IMG/VR virus record: IMGVR_UViG_3300009506_003033
Span: 1-64,000 of that record
Reading direction: 5' to 3' (one strand)
Origin: a virus
Length of the DNA: 64,000 nucleotides
This document shows positions 9,846-18,959 of the stretch, piece by piece (the stretch's first letter is position 1; each line of letters starts with the position of its first letter). The position numbers and the translations under genes were made by a program. The notes under the pieces are model-generated. The model was not told the origin of the DNA and did no database searches. It saw only the letters and a program-made list of their open reading frames with translations.

Positions 9846-10542
9846 ATGGTCATACGGAGTGACGACTACGCCCGATCGGTTCGACGAATCGCTCCCGCGA
9901 ACATTGCGAAGTCTATCTGATGCTGGTTTCGACAGTCCCCGCATTTTCGTCGATGAAACAATACCGGATCAATCAATATGTTCATGCATAGTGAACCATA
10001 ACAAGACAATCAGGCGGCCAAAAGTTGGCGCATTCGGCAATTGGGCATTGGCGTTATGGGAATTGTTTGTGAGAAATCCCGGAGGCAATTGCCGATACGT
10101 GCTGTTCCAGGACGACATACTGGCAGTCAAGAACTTGAGGCTATATCTTGAACGATGCACATACGAGAAGAAATATTACTACAATTTGTGCACTTACCCG
10201 AAGAATGAAGAATTATTGGCAGACAAGAACATCAAGGGATGGTACCAGAGCAATCAAAAGGGACAGGGTGCCCAAGCTCTCATGTTTGATAGGACTGCCG
10301 TGGTCATCTTGTTGTCATCGATGAAGTTCTGCGCTCGGCCTCGCGATAGCGGTCAACGCCGAGACAACATCGACGGAGTGGTGAGCAGGAGTTTCCTGAA
10401 GGCTGGCTGGAAGGAACTGGTGCATTATCCAAGCTTAGTCGATCATGTAGTGGAAGGACAGAAAAGTACCCTGAGGCCATATCAACAGCCGAAGATCAAT
10501 ATCTTTCCTGGAGAGGAATTTGACGCATCAACCTTAGCATAG
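9829..10542 (+). CDS. GT-A fold glycosyltransferase-like protein
   Basis: YGVTTTPDR, YVLFQDDIL, HYPSLVDH. Confidence 0.55.
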   Translation: MKRPIEWSYGVTTTPDRFDESLPRTLRSLSDAGFDSPRIFVDETIPDQSICSCIVNHNKTIRRPKVGAFGNWALALWELFVRNPGGNCRYVLFQDDILAVKNLRLYLERCTYEKKYYYNLCTYPKNEELLADKNIKGWYQSNQKGQGAQALMFDRTAVVILLSSMKFCARPRDSGQRRDNIDGVVSRSFLKAGWKELVHYPSLVDHVVEGQKSTLRPYQQPKINIFPGEEFDASTLA

Positions 10543-10550
10543 GAGGTCAT

Positions 10551-11540
10551 GTGATGAGCAAATGCCTTGTGACTGGTGCTGGTGGATTCATCGGTGGTCA
10601 TCTTGTAGCTAGACTCATAAATGATCATCACGATGTCAGGGCAGTAGATCTGAAGCCTTTCCATAAATGGTGGCAGATACATGAGCAATCATACAACTGG
10701 GAACGTGTTGACTTGAAGGACTTATGGAATTGTCAGGATGCGTGTCGGGACATCGAAATCGTGTACAACTTGGCTGCCGATATGGGTGGAATAGGATTCA
10801 TAGAGAGCCACAAATCAGAATGCATGCTTTCGGTGCTGATAAACACAAATATGCTTAGGGCCACGACATCAACCAAGGTGAAAAGATATCTCTACACGTC
10901 GTCAGCATGCGTCTACCACGCTATGAGGCAAAACGATCCATCCGCGACTGCTCTATGCGAAGACGACGCCTATTACAATGGCGGTGCAATGCCAGAGGAT
11001 GGATACGGATGGGAAAAATTGTTCAGCGAGCGCATGTGCCGCCACTTTCGAGAAGACTACGGGATACAGACACGAATTGCCAGACTCCATAACATCTATG
11101 GGCCGATGGGCACTTGGGAGGGTGGCAGAGAAAAAGCTCCGGCAGCCATCTGCAGAAAAGTCGCTGAAGCAAAATTTATCGGAAAGCAACAGATCGAAGT
11201 CTGGGGTGATGGATCATCAACTAGGTCCTTCTGTTGGGTCGAGGATTGCATTGAGGGACTTATTAGGCTGGCACATTCAGAGTGCGTAGAACCCATTAAC
11301 ATAGGATCGTCAGAATTGGTAAGCATCAATCAGTTGATAGACATAGTGGAAGACGTGGCACAATATCAAGTCGTCAGAAGATACGACTTCAACAAGCCGC
11401 AGGGAGTGAAGGGCAGAAACAGCGACAATACCAAGATATTGGCTACGCTCGATTGGCAACCGTCAACTCCACTTAGAAACGGCTTGGAGAGAACATATCA
11501 CTGGATTGAGGAGCAAATACGAGGAAGGGAGCAAACATGA
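10551..11540 (+). CDS. NAD-dependent epimerase, GDP-mannose 3',5'-epimerase-like
   Basis: VTGAGGFIG, NLAADMGGIGFI, YGWEK (YxxxK), GREKAPAAICRK, GVKGRNSDN. Confidence 0.85.
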   Translation: MMSKCLVTGAGGFIGGHLVARLINDHHDVRAVDLKPFHKWWQIHEQSYNWERVDLKDLWNCQDACRDIEIVYNLAADMGGIGFIESHKSECMLSVLINTNMLRATTSTKVKRYLYTSSACVYHAMRQNDPSATALCEDDAYYNGGAMPEDGYGWEKLFSERMCRHFREDYGIQTRIARLHNIYGPMGTWEGGREKAPAAICRKVAEAKFIGKQQIEVWGDGSSTRSFCWVEDCIEGLIRLAHSECVEPINIGSSELVSINQLIDIVEDVAQYQVVRRYDFNKPQGVKGRNSDNTKILATLDWQPSTPLRNGLERTYHWIEEQIRGREQT

Positions 11541-12811
11541 ACGCGGCTGTAATTGGATTGGGAAAACTCGGGTTACCGTGGGCTGCAGTTCTTGCATCGA
11601 AAGGTCATCACGTAATCGGTGTTGATCTGTCGACTGTGATCCAGAATCTGTTGTTGGGAGAGCTACCGGTAAGGGAACCGCAACTGTCAGATATGTTGAT
11701 ATTGCATAATGACAGAATCAGATATACCACAGAAGTTGACAATGCAGTTTCAGCGAGCGACATCGTATTCATCGTGGTTCCGACACCGAGCCTAGACAAC
11801 GGAGAGTTTTCCTCCCATTATGTTTTAGAAGTATGCCGAACCATTGGCGAAGCAATGAAAACGGCGGACCATTACATCTTGGTCGTATTGACATCCACTG
11901 TGATGCCGGGAACCACGAGCAAGGCGTTGCAAATATTGGAGGATGCATCATACAGAAAATGTGGCAAGGATTTTGGCCTGTGTTACAATCCAGAATTCAT
12001 AGCCCTTGGATCAGTCATTCGCGACATGATGCATCCAGATTTTGTGCTTGTTGGTCAATACGAAGATGACAGCGGAGAATTCTTGGAGAAATTTTATTCC
12101 AGCATACACTCTTCGCCAGTGTTGCGAATGAATCTCGTCGGTGCTGAAATAGCCAAACTGTGTATCAATAGTTATGTCACGACGAAAATCAGTTTCGCTA
12201 ACAGCGTGTCTGAACTGTGCGAAAGGTTCGGGCAAGGAGCTGATGCCGTTGAGGTGTTAGAAGCACTCGGTTATGACAGCAGGATAGGAGAAAGATACCT
12301 CGCATCCGGCACGGCCTACGGTGGCCCATGCTTTCCGCGGGACAACAAGGCATTGCAATGTGCTTATCGAAGTGTAGGATTAGCCAATCAAATATCCAAT
12401 GCTACAGAGGTGATCAACAACAATCAATCATACAGAATAGCCACCATCCTGATGCGATACCTTGAGAGGCCAGGGTTAGTGGCAGTAATCGGCATAGCTT
12501 ACAAGCCGAACACCCATATCACCGAAGAGTCGGCCACTATGCGGCTGATTCCGCATCTTGCTAATTTCGGGAATCGCATCATCTGTTGGGATCCTTTGGC
12601 GACGAGAGAGGATGTTCCAACTGACATCGACATGGCTGACAGTTTTGAATCATGTGTGGAGAATGCTGACGCCATCATTTTCATGCACGGCGAGGATGTG
12701 CTGACTATCCCCGAGACAACTGCAAAAGTAGTGCTTGATGCGTGGGGATGTCTGGTGAATGTACCTTCCGGAATTGAATACGTGCGATTAGGAAAAGGGA
12801 AAGATGCCTGA
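11537..12811 (+). CDS. UDP-glucose/GDP-mannose dehydrogenase family protein
   Basis: VIGLGKLG, VVPTP, YNPEF, AYGGPCFPRD catalytic Cys, GIAYKPN. Confidence 0.9.
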   Translation: MNAAVIGLGKLGLPWAAVLASKGHHVIGVDLSTVIQNLLLGELPVREPQLSDMLILHNDRIRYTTEVDNAVSASDIVFIVVPTPSLDNGEFSSHYVLEVCRTIGEAMKTADHYILVVLTSTVMPGTTSKALQILEDASYRKCGKDFGLCYNPEFIALGSVIRDMMHPDFVLVGQYEDDSGEFLEKFYSSIHSSPVLRMNLVGAEIAKLCINSYVTTKISFANSVSELCERFGQGADAVEVLEALGYDSRIGERYLASGTAYGGPCFPRDNKALQCAYRSVGLANQISNATEVINNNQSYRIATILMRYLERPGLVAVIGIAYKPNTHITEESATMRLIPHLANFGNRIICWDPLATREDVPTDIDMADSFESCVENADAIIFMHGEDVLTIPETTAKVVLDAWGCLVNVPSGIEYVRLGKGKDA

Positions 12812-13481
12812 AATAACAGTCAAGGAAATCCGCAATCTCGTAGGCGAGTCTCCCATCATCCTGGAAGTCGGATGCAACGACGGAACAGACACGTTGAGGA
12901 TGATCACGGAAATGCCAGGAGCAACCATTCATTGTTTCGAGTGTGATCCCAGGGCCATCGATAGGTTTAAGAAGTTGGTAGGCAACCACGACCAGATTCA
13001 TTTGCATGAAATGGCCATCGCAGACGTGGATGGGAAAGCACTGTTTCATGGTAGCAGCGGGCAACCTCCGAATGCTGGCAAAAATGCATCGCACTATTGC
13101 TTTCTTTCAGAATGGGACTTGTCCGGATCCCTCTATGAACCGAGTCGCCATCTCACGTATTCGCCTTGGTGCACTTTCCCAGAAGATAGAATCTGCGAGG
13201 TATCAGTCACTAGACTAGATACGTGGAAAGAAAGTCATCCGGAAATATCACGGATCGACTTCATTTGGTGCGATGTGCAAGGAGCGGAAGCCTCTCTGAT
13301 CCTTGGCGCACGGAAACTCTTGTCGGTAACGCAATTCTTTTACACTGAGTTCTACAATGATCCCTTATATTCAGGCCAAGTCCCGCTCCATGTGCTGCAG
13401 GTGATGATGCAGGAAAATGGATTTCTTCTGACGGGGACGTACAATGACAACGCACTATTCAGGAATACATCATGCAACTGA
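12804..13481 (+). CDS. FkbM family methyltransferase
   Basis: ILEVGCNDG, HCFECDP, IDFIWCDVQGAE, FFYTE. Confidence 0.85.
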   Translation: MPEITVKEIRNLVGESPIILEVGCNDGTDTLRMITEMPGATIHCFECDPRAIDRFKKLVGNHDQIHLHEMAIADVDGKALFHGSSGQPPNAGKNASHYCFLSEWDLSGSLYEPSRHLTYSPWCTFPEDRICEVSVTRLDTWKESHPEISRIDFIWCDVQGAEASLILGARKLLSVTQFFYTEFYNDPLYSGQVPLHVLQVMMQENGFLLTGTYNDNALFRNTSCN

Positions 13482-13651
13482 CGCCTGAACAGATATCCGA
13501 AGTTGGATCAGTTCTGTACCGGACCGGAACCTACATCCGGCGCACGATACTTGCTTCAGGTGGTGCCCGCTGCTACCATGAAACAGTGCTTTCCCATCCA
13601 CGTCTGCGATGGCCGTTTCATGCAAATGAATCTGGTCGTGGTTGCCTACCA
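12976..13651. repeat. 88-bp inverted repeat (12976-13063 and 13564-13651), 87/88 identical
   Basis: TGGTAGGCAACCACGACC...GGTAGCAGCGGGCA recurs as its reverse complement; the minus-strand ORF 13470-13733 repeats the FkbM peptide LVGNHDQIHLHE(M/T)AIADVDGKALFHGSSG. Confidence 0.95.
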
Positions 13652-13696
13652 GATGAACCACATATATATCCGTTTGTGACCAGGAGACTATCGTAA

Positions 13697-14272
13697 ATGG
13701 GAACAAATTTCCCCACTGGCGCCATTTTGCCAATACTCAACATATTTCACTCTCATTATTTCGTTGAAACCGGTACTGGCAGTGGCGCGACATTGGAAAT
13801 TGTATCACAGTATTTCAGACAATGCTTCAGTTGCGATATAAATCAAAAGGCCATAGATGCTGCGATAGCAAAGAATCTTCCAAATGTTGACATTCGGCTA
13901 TCAGATTCCCTCCAGTTTCTGGCTCAGATACTTCCCGGTCTGGAAGATCCGATCGTCTACTGGCTCGACGCTCATTGGTGTGGTGGTATTTGCAACTGCA
14001 AAGAATGTCCGCTCTTAGCTGAGCTTTCAATTATCGGATCGCTTCGTGGCAAGGATGTAATCTTCATCGACGATGTTAACTTCTTTCTAGCTCCGCCACC
14101 AAAACCACACAAAACAAGCGAATGGCCAACTATCTATGATATCATCTCAGCGATATCGTCTTGGGGAGCCGTCGGATACAGTTACGTGGGTACAACGATA
14201 GTTCTGGCAATCTGTCCGCGCGAAGTTCCTGAACTTCTCGAATTCGCAAATCGTTTTCCGTTACAGATATGA
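13697..14272 (+). CDS. putative SAM-dependent methyltransferase
   Basis: FVETGTGSG, SCDI, YWLDAH, VIFIDD. Confidence 0.6.
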   Translation: MGTNFPTGAILPILNIFHSHYFVETGTGSGATLEIVSQYFRQCFSCDINQKAIDAAIAKNLPNVDIRLSDSLQFLAQILPGLEDPIVYWLDAHWCGGICNCKECPLLAELSIIGSLRGKDVIFIDDVNFFLAPPPKPHKTSEWPTIYDIISAISSWGAVGYSYVGTTIVLAICPREVPELLEFANRFPLQI

Positions 14273-14324
14273 CTCTCTACGAACTGCGAGATACTGATGA
14301 CTCTCTACGAACTGCGAGATACTG
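14269..14324 (+). repeat. perfect 28-bp tandem duplication containing a start codon
   Basis: ATGACTCTCTACGAACTGCGAGATACTG twice. Confidence 0.95.
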
Positions 14325-14986
14325 ATACCTATTCGGAAATCGTGCAGTGCGATGTTTACGGACTTCGCACTCTTTCCGTACGTCCAACGTTCATTCTTGA
14401 CGTTGGTGCCAACATCGGATGTTTCAGCCTTTATGCGGCGACTCTTTTCCCAGAAGCCACACTGCTTGCAATTGAACCCGATCCAGAAAACTACAAGAGT
14501 CTGTGTGCCAATCTCGACGGGAAGTCACATTTATCGTGCCTCAATGTTGCCCTTGGCACGGGACCGGTCTATTATCGTCACAATGATAAGTCAGTTCTCC
14601 GCGGTTACAATTCTCCATCATCGCCCGGATTTGATACGATTCAGGATGACGTCAACTGGATTGGAACGGAGATTCAATCAGTCACTATTGATCAACTAAT
14701 TCCAAGAGACTGTGGCGAATATCTCATCAAAATCGACTGCGAGGGTGCCGAGGCATGCATTATCGGCCACAAACCATCTATGGACATTTTGCAACGGAGC
14801 TGTATGGTTACTGCGGAACTGCATTTCTACCAAGAACATGCGGTTCCCGCTCCCTTGTGGGACAATAGAGAGTTGGCGATCAGTAATCGCATGTGTTTAG
14901 CGTATAACTTGTCGCTGACGCACGATGTACAACTTAAATTATGGTCAAATGGAGCAATATTGTGGGCCATGAAACGGTCACTGTGA
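14297..14986 (+). CDS. FkbM family methyltransferase
   Basis: ILDVGANIG, AIEPDPEN, LIKIDCEGAE. Confidence 0.85.
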   Translation: MTLYELRDTDTYSEIVQCDVYGLRTLSVRPTFILDVGANIGCFSLYAATLFPEATLLAIEPDPENYKSLCANLDGKSHLSCLNVALGTGPVYYRHNDKSVLRGYNSPSSPGFDTIQDDVNWIGTEIQSVTIDQLIPRDCGEYLIKIDCEGAEACIIGHKPSMDILQRSCMVTAELHFYQEHAVPAPLWDNRELAISNRMCLAYNLSLTHDVQLKLWSNGAILWAMKRSL

Positions 14987-15879
14987 AATCGCCCCTGAGG
15001 TTGACGCTCGGAGGTGGAGGCACGGATCTAGCGTCCTACTATGGCATGTATGGCGGTTGCATCGTCAGTGCCGCCATTGATTGCTGGATCACCATCTCTG
15101 TTACTAGGTCGTCGTCTTCCAGTATCAACGGTGCCCCCAATGATTTGGTTGAAGCTGCGATGCATTATCTGCGCATCCCGAACCAGTTGGCTATCTCATG
15201 CAACAGTCCAGTTGGCTACGGCACCGGTCTCGGATGGTCCGGAGCATTTCTCGTCGGATTAGTCCATGGTCTAAATCACATCCATGGGAAAGCAGTTGAT
15301 CCTTACACTGTCGCTCATACAGCGTTCCAGATTGAATCGTCGATTCTTAACAGGCCGGCAGGAATCCAGGATCCATATGTTGCTGCTTTCGGATCTGTGA
15401 GGCGGTATCAAATTGAACGTAGCGGTAACGTCATCGTGTCTCGGCCGGCATCCTTGTACGGATATTTGAGCATCGAAAATGCCTTGCAGCTATTCTTCAC
15501 TGGTATCGTCAGGCGGTCATCTAAACCACTGATCGAGATGTTGCAATTCACCGATAGACTTCACCAAATACACCAATTGGGCCGTGAAACGTGGCGTCTA
15601 GTCAATGTTGGTAATGTTCATACCCTGTCGGCATTGACAAACTATCATTGGCAGATCAAACGCATATACGGCGGAGAATCGCATCTTGATCACATCGTGG
15701 AATCAGGTATAGCAGCTGGGGCAAGCGCCGGCAAAATATCTGGTGCCGGGAAAGGTGGTTACGCTTGTTTCATTTGTGATGATGACTATAAGCAACAGCT
15801 TTCCGATAAGATGACGTCTATGGGATTAGTTGAACTTCCAGTTCGGTTTACTGAAGAGGGTTGTCATGTCGTTCGTTAG
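14983..15879 (+). CDS. hddA: GHMP kinase, D-glycero-D-manno-heptose 7-phosphate kinase-like
   Basis: KSPLRLTLGGGGTD, PVGYGTGLGWSG, GIQDPY, GKISGAGKGG. Confidence 0.75.
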   Translation: MKSPLRLTLGGGGTDLASYYGMYGGCIVSAAIDCWITISVTRSSSSSINGAPNDLVEAAMHYLRIPNQLAISCNSPVGYGTGLGWSGAFLVGLVHGLNHIHGKAVDPYTVAHTAFQIESSILNRPAGIQDPYVAAFGSVRRYQIERSGNVIVSRPASLYGYLSIENALQLFFTGIVRRSSKPLIEMLQFTDRLHQIHQLGRETWRLVNVGNVHTLSALTNYHWQIKRIYGGESHLDHIVESGIAAGASAGKISGAGKGGYACFICDDDYKQQLSDKMTSMGLVELPVRFTEEGCHVVR

Positions 15880-16426
15880 CGATTACTTGTCGCAGACAGT
15901 ATCGATTATCCATGCTTTGGATTGTGATGAGATTGAGCATGTCGTGTCAGCCTTGCACTCCGTTAAGACATCTGAAGGTCGTTTATTCCTCGCCGGTTCT
16001 GGGGGAAATGCAGCATCTGCACAGCATGCCGCAGCTGACTTCCGTAAATTCTGCGGTATTGAGGCATATTCAGTGAGCGACAACATATGTTCTCTGACAG
16101 CTGATACGAATGATATTAGCTGGGCAGAATCCTATTCAACATGGCTCTCGTTCAGTAGATTCTCCCAGGACGACTGCCTGATGGTTCTTTCTGTTGGAGG
16201 CGGTTCACAGTCCATCTCACAGAATCTCGTTCAGGCCATGATGCTTGCGAAACGACGTGATGGAACAATACTCTCAATCGTCGGAAGAAACGGAGGGGAG
16301 GCGGCACGATTGTCAACGCATTTAATATTGATTCCTCCGCTTTACGATCTGATTACTCCGCACACGGAAGAAATTCAGACGGTACTATTGCATCTACTTG
16401 CCTTTCACCCGAGTTTGCAATTGTGA
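15866..16426 (+). CDS. gmhA: SIS-domain phosphoheptose isomerase
   Basis: LFLAGSGGNAASAQHAAADF, LTADTND, SVGGGS, TPHTEE...LH. Confidence 0.75.
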   Translation: MSFVSDYLSQTVSIIHALDCDEIEHVVSALHSVKTSEGRLFLAGSGGNAASAQHAAADFRKFCGIEAYSVSDNICSLTADTNDISWAESYSTWLSFSRFSQDDCLMVLSVGGGSQSISQNLVQAMMLAKRRDGTILSIVGRNGGEAARLSTHLILIPPLYDLITPHTEEIQTVLLHLLAFHPSLQL

Positions 16427-16734
16427 TATTCTATGTCGATATCGATGGAACGATTTGCTACACACAGGCAGGCAACTACCTTGACGCTAAACCACTCCTG
16501 GAAGCAATTCTGGCGATCAACAGACTTCATAATGACGGCCATAAAATCATCTATTGGACTTCGAGGGGAACATCCTCGGGAATCAACCACTATGATCTCA
16601 CGATGTCCCAGCTTCAACAGTGGGGTTGTCGCTTCGAGTGTTTGCTAATGGGGAAACCATCCTATGATGTCATTATCGATGACAAGTCAATCCAGATAAA
16701 GGAAATCATCCGTGGCAATCACAATTTTCGCTGA
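16423..16734 (+). CDS. small HAD-superfamily phosphatase
   Basis: YVDIDGTI, YWTSRG, MGKPSYDVIIDDK. Confidence 0.75.
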   Translation: MIFYVDIDGTICYTQAGNYLDAKPLLEAILAINRLHNDGHKIIYWTSRGTSSGINHYDLTMSQLQQWGCRFECLLMGKPSYDVIIDDKSIQIKEIIRGNHNFR

Positions 16735-17407
16735 CTGTGCGTCAGTTGCCACAATACTAACTCTCCGTAAGGACCCGACGATCAAGGGTTTTACTACGAA
16801 CCCAAGTCTTGCTAAACGAGCCGGTGTCACTGATTATGCAGAGTTCGTTGCGACTGCATCTGAGGCTGCTGACGGTCTACCAATTTCGTTTGAGGTCCTC
16901 TCTGACGATCGAGAGGATATCGTACGGCAAGCCCGATTATTACAAGATGCTGGAGATCACATCTATGTCAAGATACCGATCTGTCATCGTTCCGGAGCAT
17001 TGTGCCTTTGGGAAATCCAGCAAGCCATAGACATCGGAATCCATGTCAACATCACATCCATATTTACCCAAGACCAAGCAGAGGCAGTATTCCCAATAGT
17101 GGAACGCAGCGATGCAATACTATCCGTATTCGCCGGAAGAATTGCCGATACTGGACGGGAACCAGGCTCAATCGTCTCGCAGATTTCACAGATGTGCAGA
17201 CATTTGCCAGACGTCCGCGTTCTCTGGGCAAGTCCCCGCCAACTACTTGACATGATGACCGCCGACCGCTGCGGCGCTGATATTATCACCCTGTTTCCGG
17301 AGATGCTCGCCAAACGACACCTCATCGGCAAGGACCTGTCAGAGTTTTCCCGTGAGACAGTCGCAATGTTTTTGGATGATGCCAACAGTAGCGGGTTCTG
17401 GATCTAA
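16712..17407 (+). CDS. transaldolase (TalC/FSA-type)
   Basis: IFAD, GFTTNPSL, ISFEV, IYVKIP, SVFAGRIADTG, LWASPR. Confidence 0.85.
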   Translation: MAITIFADCASVATILTLRKDPTIKGFTTNPSLAKRAGVTDYAEFVATASEAADGLPISFEVLSDDREDIVRQARLLQDAGDHIYVKIPICHRSGALCLWEIQQAIDIGIHVNITSIFTQDQAEAVFPIVERSDAILSVFAGRIADTGREPGSIVSQISQMCRHLPDVRVLWASPRQLLDMMTADRCGADIITLFPEMLAKRHLIGKDLSEFSRETVAMFLDDANSSGFWI

Positions 17408-18141
17408 TGGCCACGATTGCAGCTCTCTGCCCGACCTATAGGCGACCTCAGCTGCTGGGACAGCTCATCAAACTATTCCAGATGCAAACATGCATGGATA
17501 GCGAACTCATCATACTTGATGATGCGGGGCAGTACGGCAACGTCGCCGGAGACCGGTGGCGCATAATTTCCATGTCGGATAGATTTCCGAGCGTCGAGGC
17601 AAAGAGAAACTACCTTATCCGGAATACATCCGCTGAAATGATTGCCATGTGGGACGACGACGATATCTATCTGCCATGGGCCTTGGATGCGTGTGCATAT
17701 GCACTCAGCAACAGCACCTTCGCACAGCCACGTCAAATCCTCGAATGGACTGGGCCTGGAGAACACCGGTGGAAGAGGTGCCTGACATATGGACATCGCC
17801 ACGACTACTGCTATGGCGGCTGCTGGTCGTATCGGCGCGACTGGTTCCTTTCGACAGGAGGTTATCCGGAACATGAGGACAATGGTGGTGATTGGTACTG
17901 GTTTAGACGAATTGCCCATTCGCCGGCCTCTGTAGATACAATTTGTGATCGGTATCCCGACCCGTTCTATGTCTACAATCGCGGACATTTCCAGTCATGG
18001 AGTGCTGGAAACATCGGATATAACTCCGTTCCAGATGCTTCCATAGATCATGCTGGCAAAGTCGATGTGCTTGACATCAAGCTGCTCGTGGATGTTTTGG
18101 CGATACCGATGCCTATCAATGTGGAGCCGCGCCCATGGTGA
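17407..18141 (+). CDS. GT2 glycosyltransferase
   Basis: LCPTYRRP, ELIILDD, KRN, AMWDDDDIYLP. Confidence 0.8.
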   Translation: MATIAALCPTYRRPQLLGQLIKLFQMQTCMDSELIILDDAGQYGNVAGDRWRIISMSDRFPSVEAKRNYLIRNTSAEMIAMWDDDDIYLPWALDACAYALSNSTFAQPRQILEWTGPGEHRWKRCLTYGHRHDYCYGGCWSYRRDWFLSTGGYPEHEDNGGDWYWFRRIAHSPASVDTICDRYPDPFYVYNRGHFQSWSAGNIGYNSVPDASIDHAGKVDVLDIKLLVDVLAIPMPINVEPRPW

Positions 18142-18959
18142 TGAAATCCAAAGCATTCATCGCCTGTGCGGGGCATGCACGACGACTAGGCCCATTCTGC
18201 TATCAGATCCCGAAATGTATGCTTAACGTCAACGGTCGGCCATGTCTTCAGCACATCATCGAGGACTACCGTGATTCCGATATAGTACCGATGACAATTG
18301 GCTTATCGAAGAATCAGGCCCCATCCGTTATCGCTCGTTTCGGAGATGGAACTAGACTGAGAACTCGGATATTCTACAGCATCGAGACGTCTGCGAACGG
18401 ATCAGCCATAAGCTTACGCCATGCATGGCATCTTCTTGACGACCGATGCCATCTAGCCTTCTGTGATGTGTTGACACGCTTTAATATTCGTTCACTCGAA
18501 CAGTGGCCAATTTCCATTCTGATCTGCCGCTCATCGGAACCAGAACGATGCGGTAATGTGATTATTGATGGCGACCGAGTAGTAGCATTCAAAGAAAAAC
18601 CCCAGCATCCAGATGGGAGTCTTGTTTTCGCCGGTAGAATGTGGTTCATTAAATCAGCAATATTCACGGCGATGTCAGAACCCGGAGCAATTGATTTGTC
18701 GCGAGACGTTCTTGCACGTGTTACTCTTCACGCTGTCACAACTGAAAATATAATCGACGTAGGTACAACGAGAGGATTTCTCAATGCTGCACAATGGTCT
18801 GATCACTATGTCATGCCTTGGCCGAAAGGGTCGTTGGGGAAACCAAGTCTTCCAGTACATGTTCCTCAGAACGTACGCAAAGAGATGCAGGCTGCAGTAC
18901 CAGTGCCCCAAGTGGATCGGGCAGATACTTCTAGGCCATGCCGATCCGTCTATCACTGA
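18135..18959 (+). CDS. sugar-phosphate nucleotidyltransferase (HddC/GmhD-like); C-terminus overlaps the next gene
   Basis: AFIACAGHARRLGP, IPKCML.VNGRP, AFKEKP, IDVGT. Confidence 0.75.
   Translation: MVMKSKAFIACAGHARRLGPFCYQIPKCMLNVNGRPCLQHIIEDYRDSDIVPMTIGLSKNQAPSVIARFGDGTRLRTRIFYSIETSANGSAISLRHAWHLLDDRCHLAFCDVLTRFNIRSLEQWPISILICRSSEPERCGNVIIDGDRVVAFKEKPQHPDGSLVFAGRMWFIKSAIFTAMSEPGAIDLSRDVLARVTLHAVTTENIIDVGTTRGFLNAAQWSDHYVMPWPKGSLGKPSLPVHVPQNVRKEMQAAVPVPQVDRADTSRPCRSVYH

Noticed and set aside
13470-13733. Minus-strand ORF as a separate FkbM gene
   Set aside because: Similarity is confined to the 88-bp inverted repeat, and it is antisense within a plus-strand operon.
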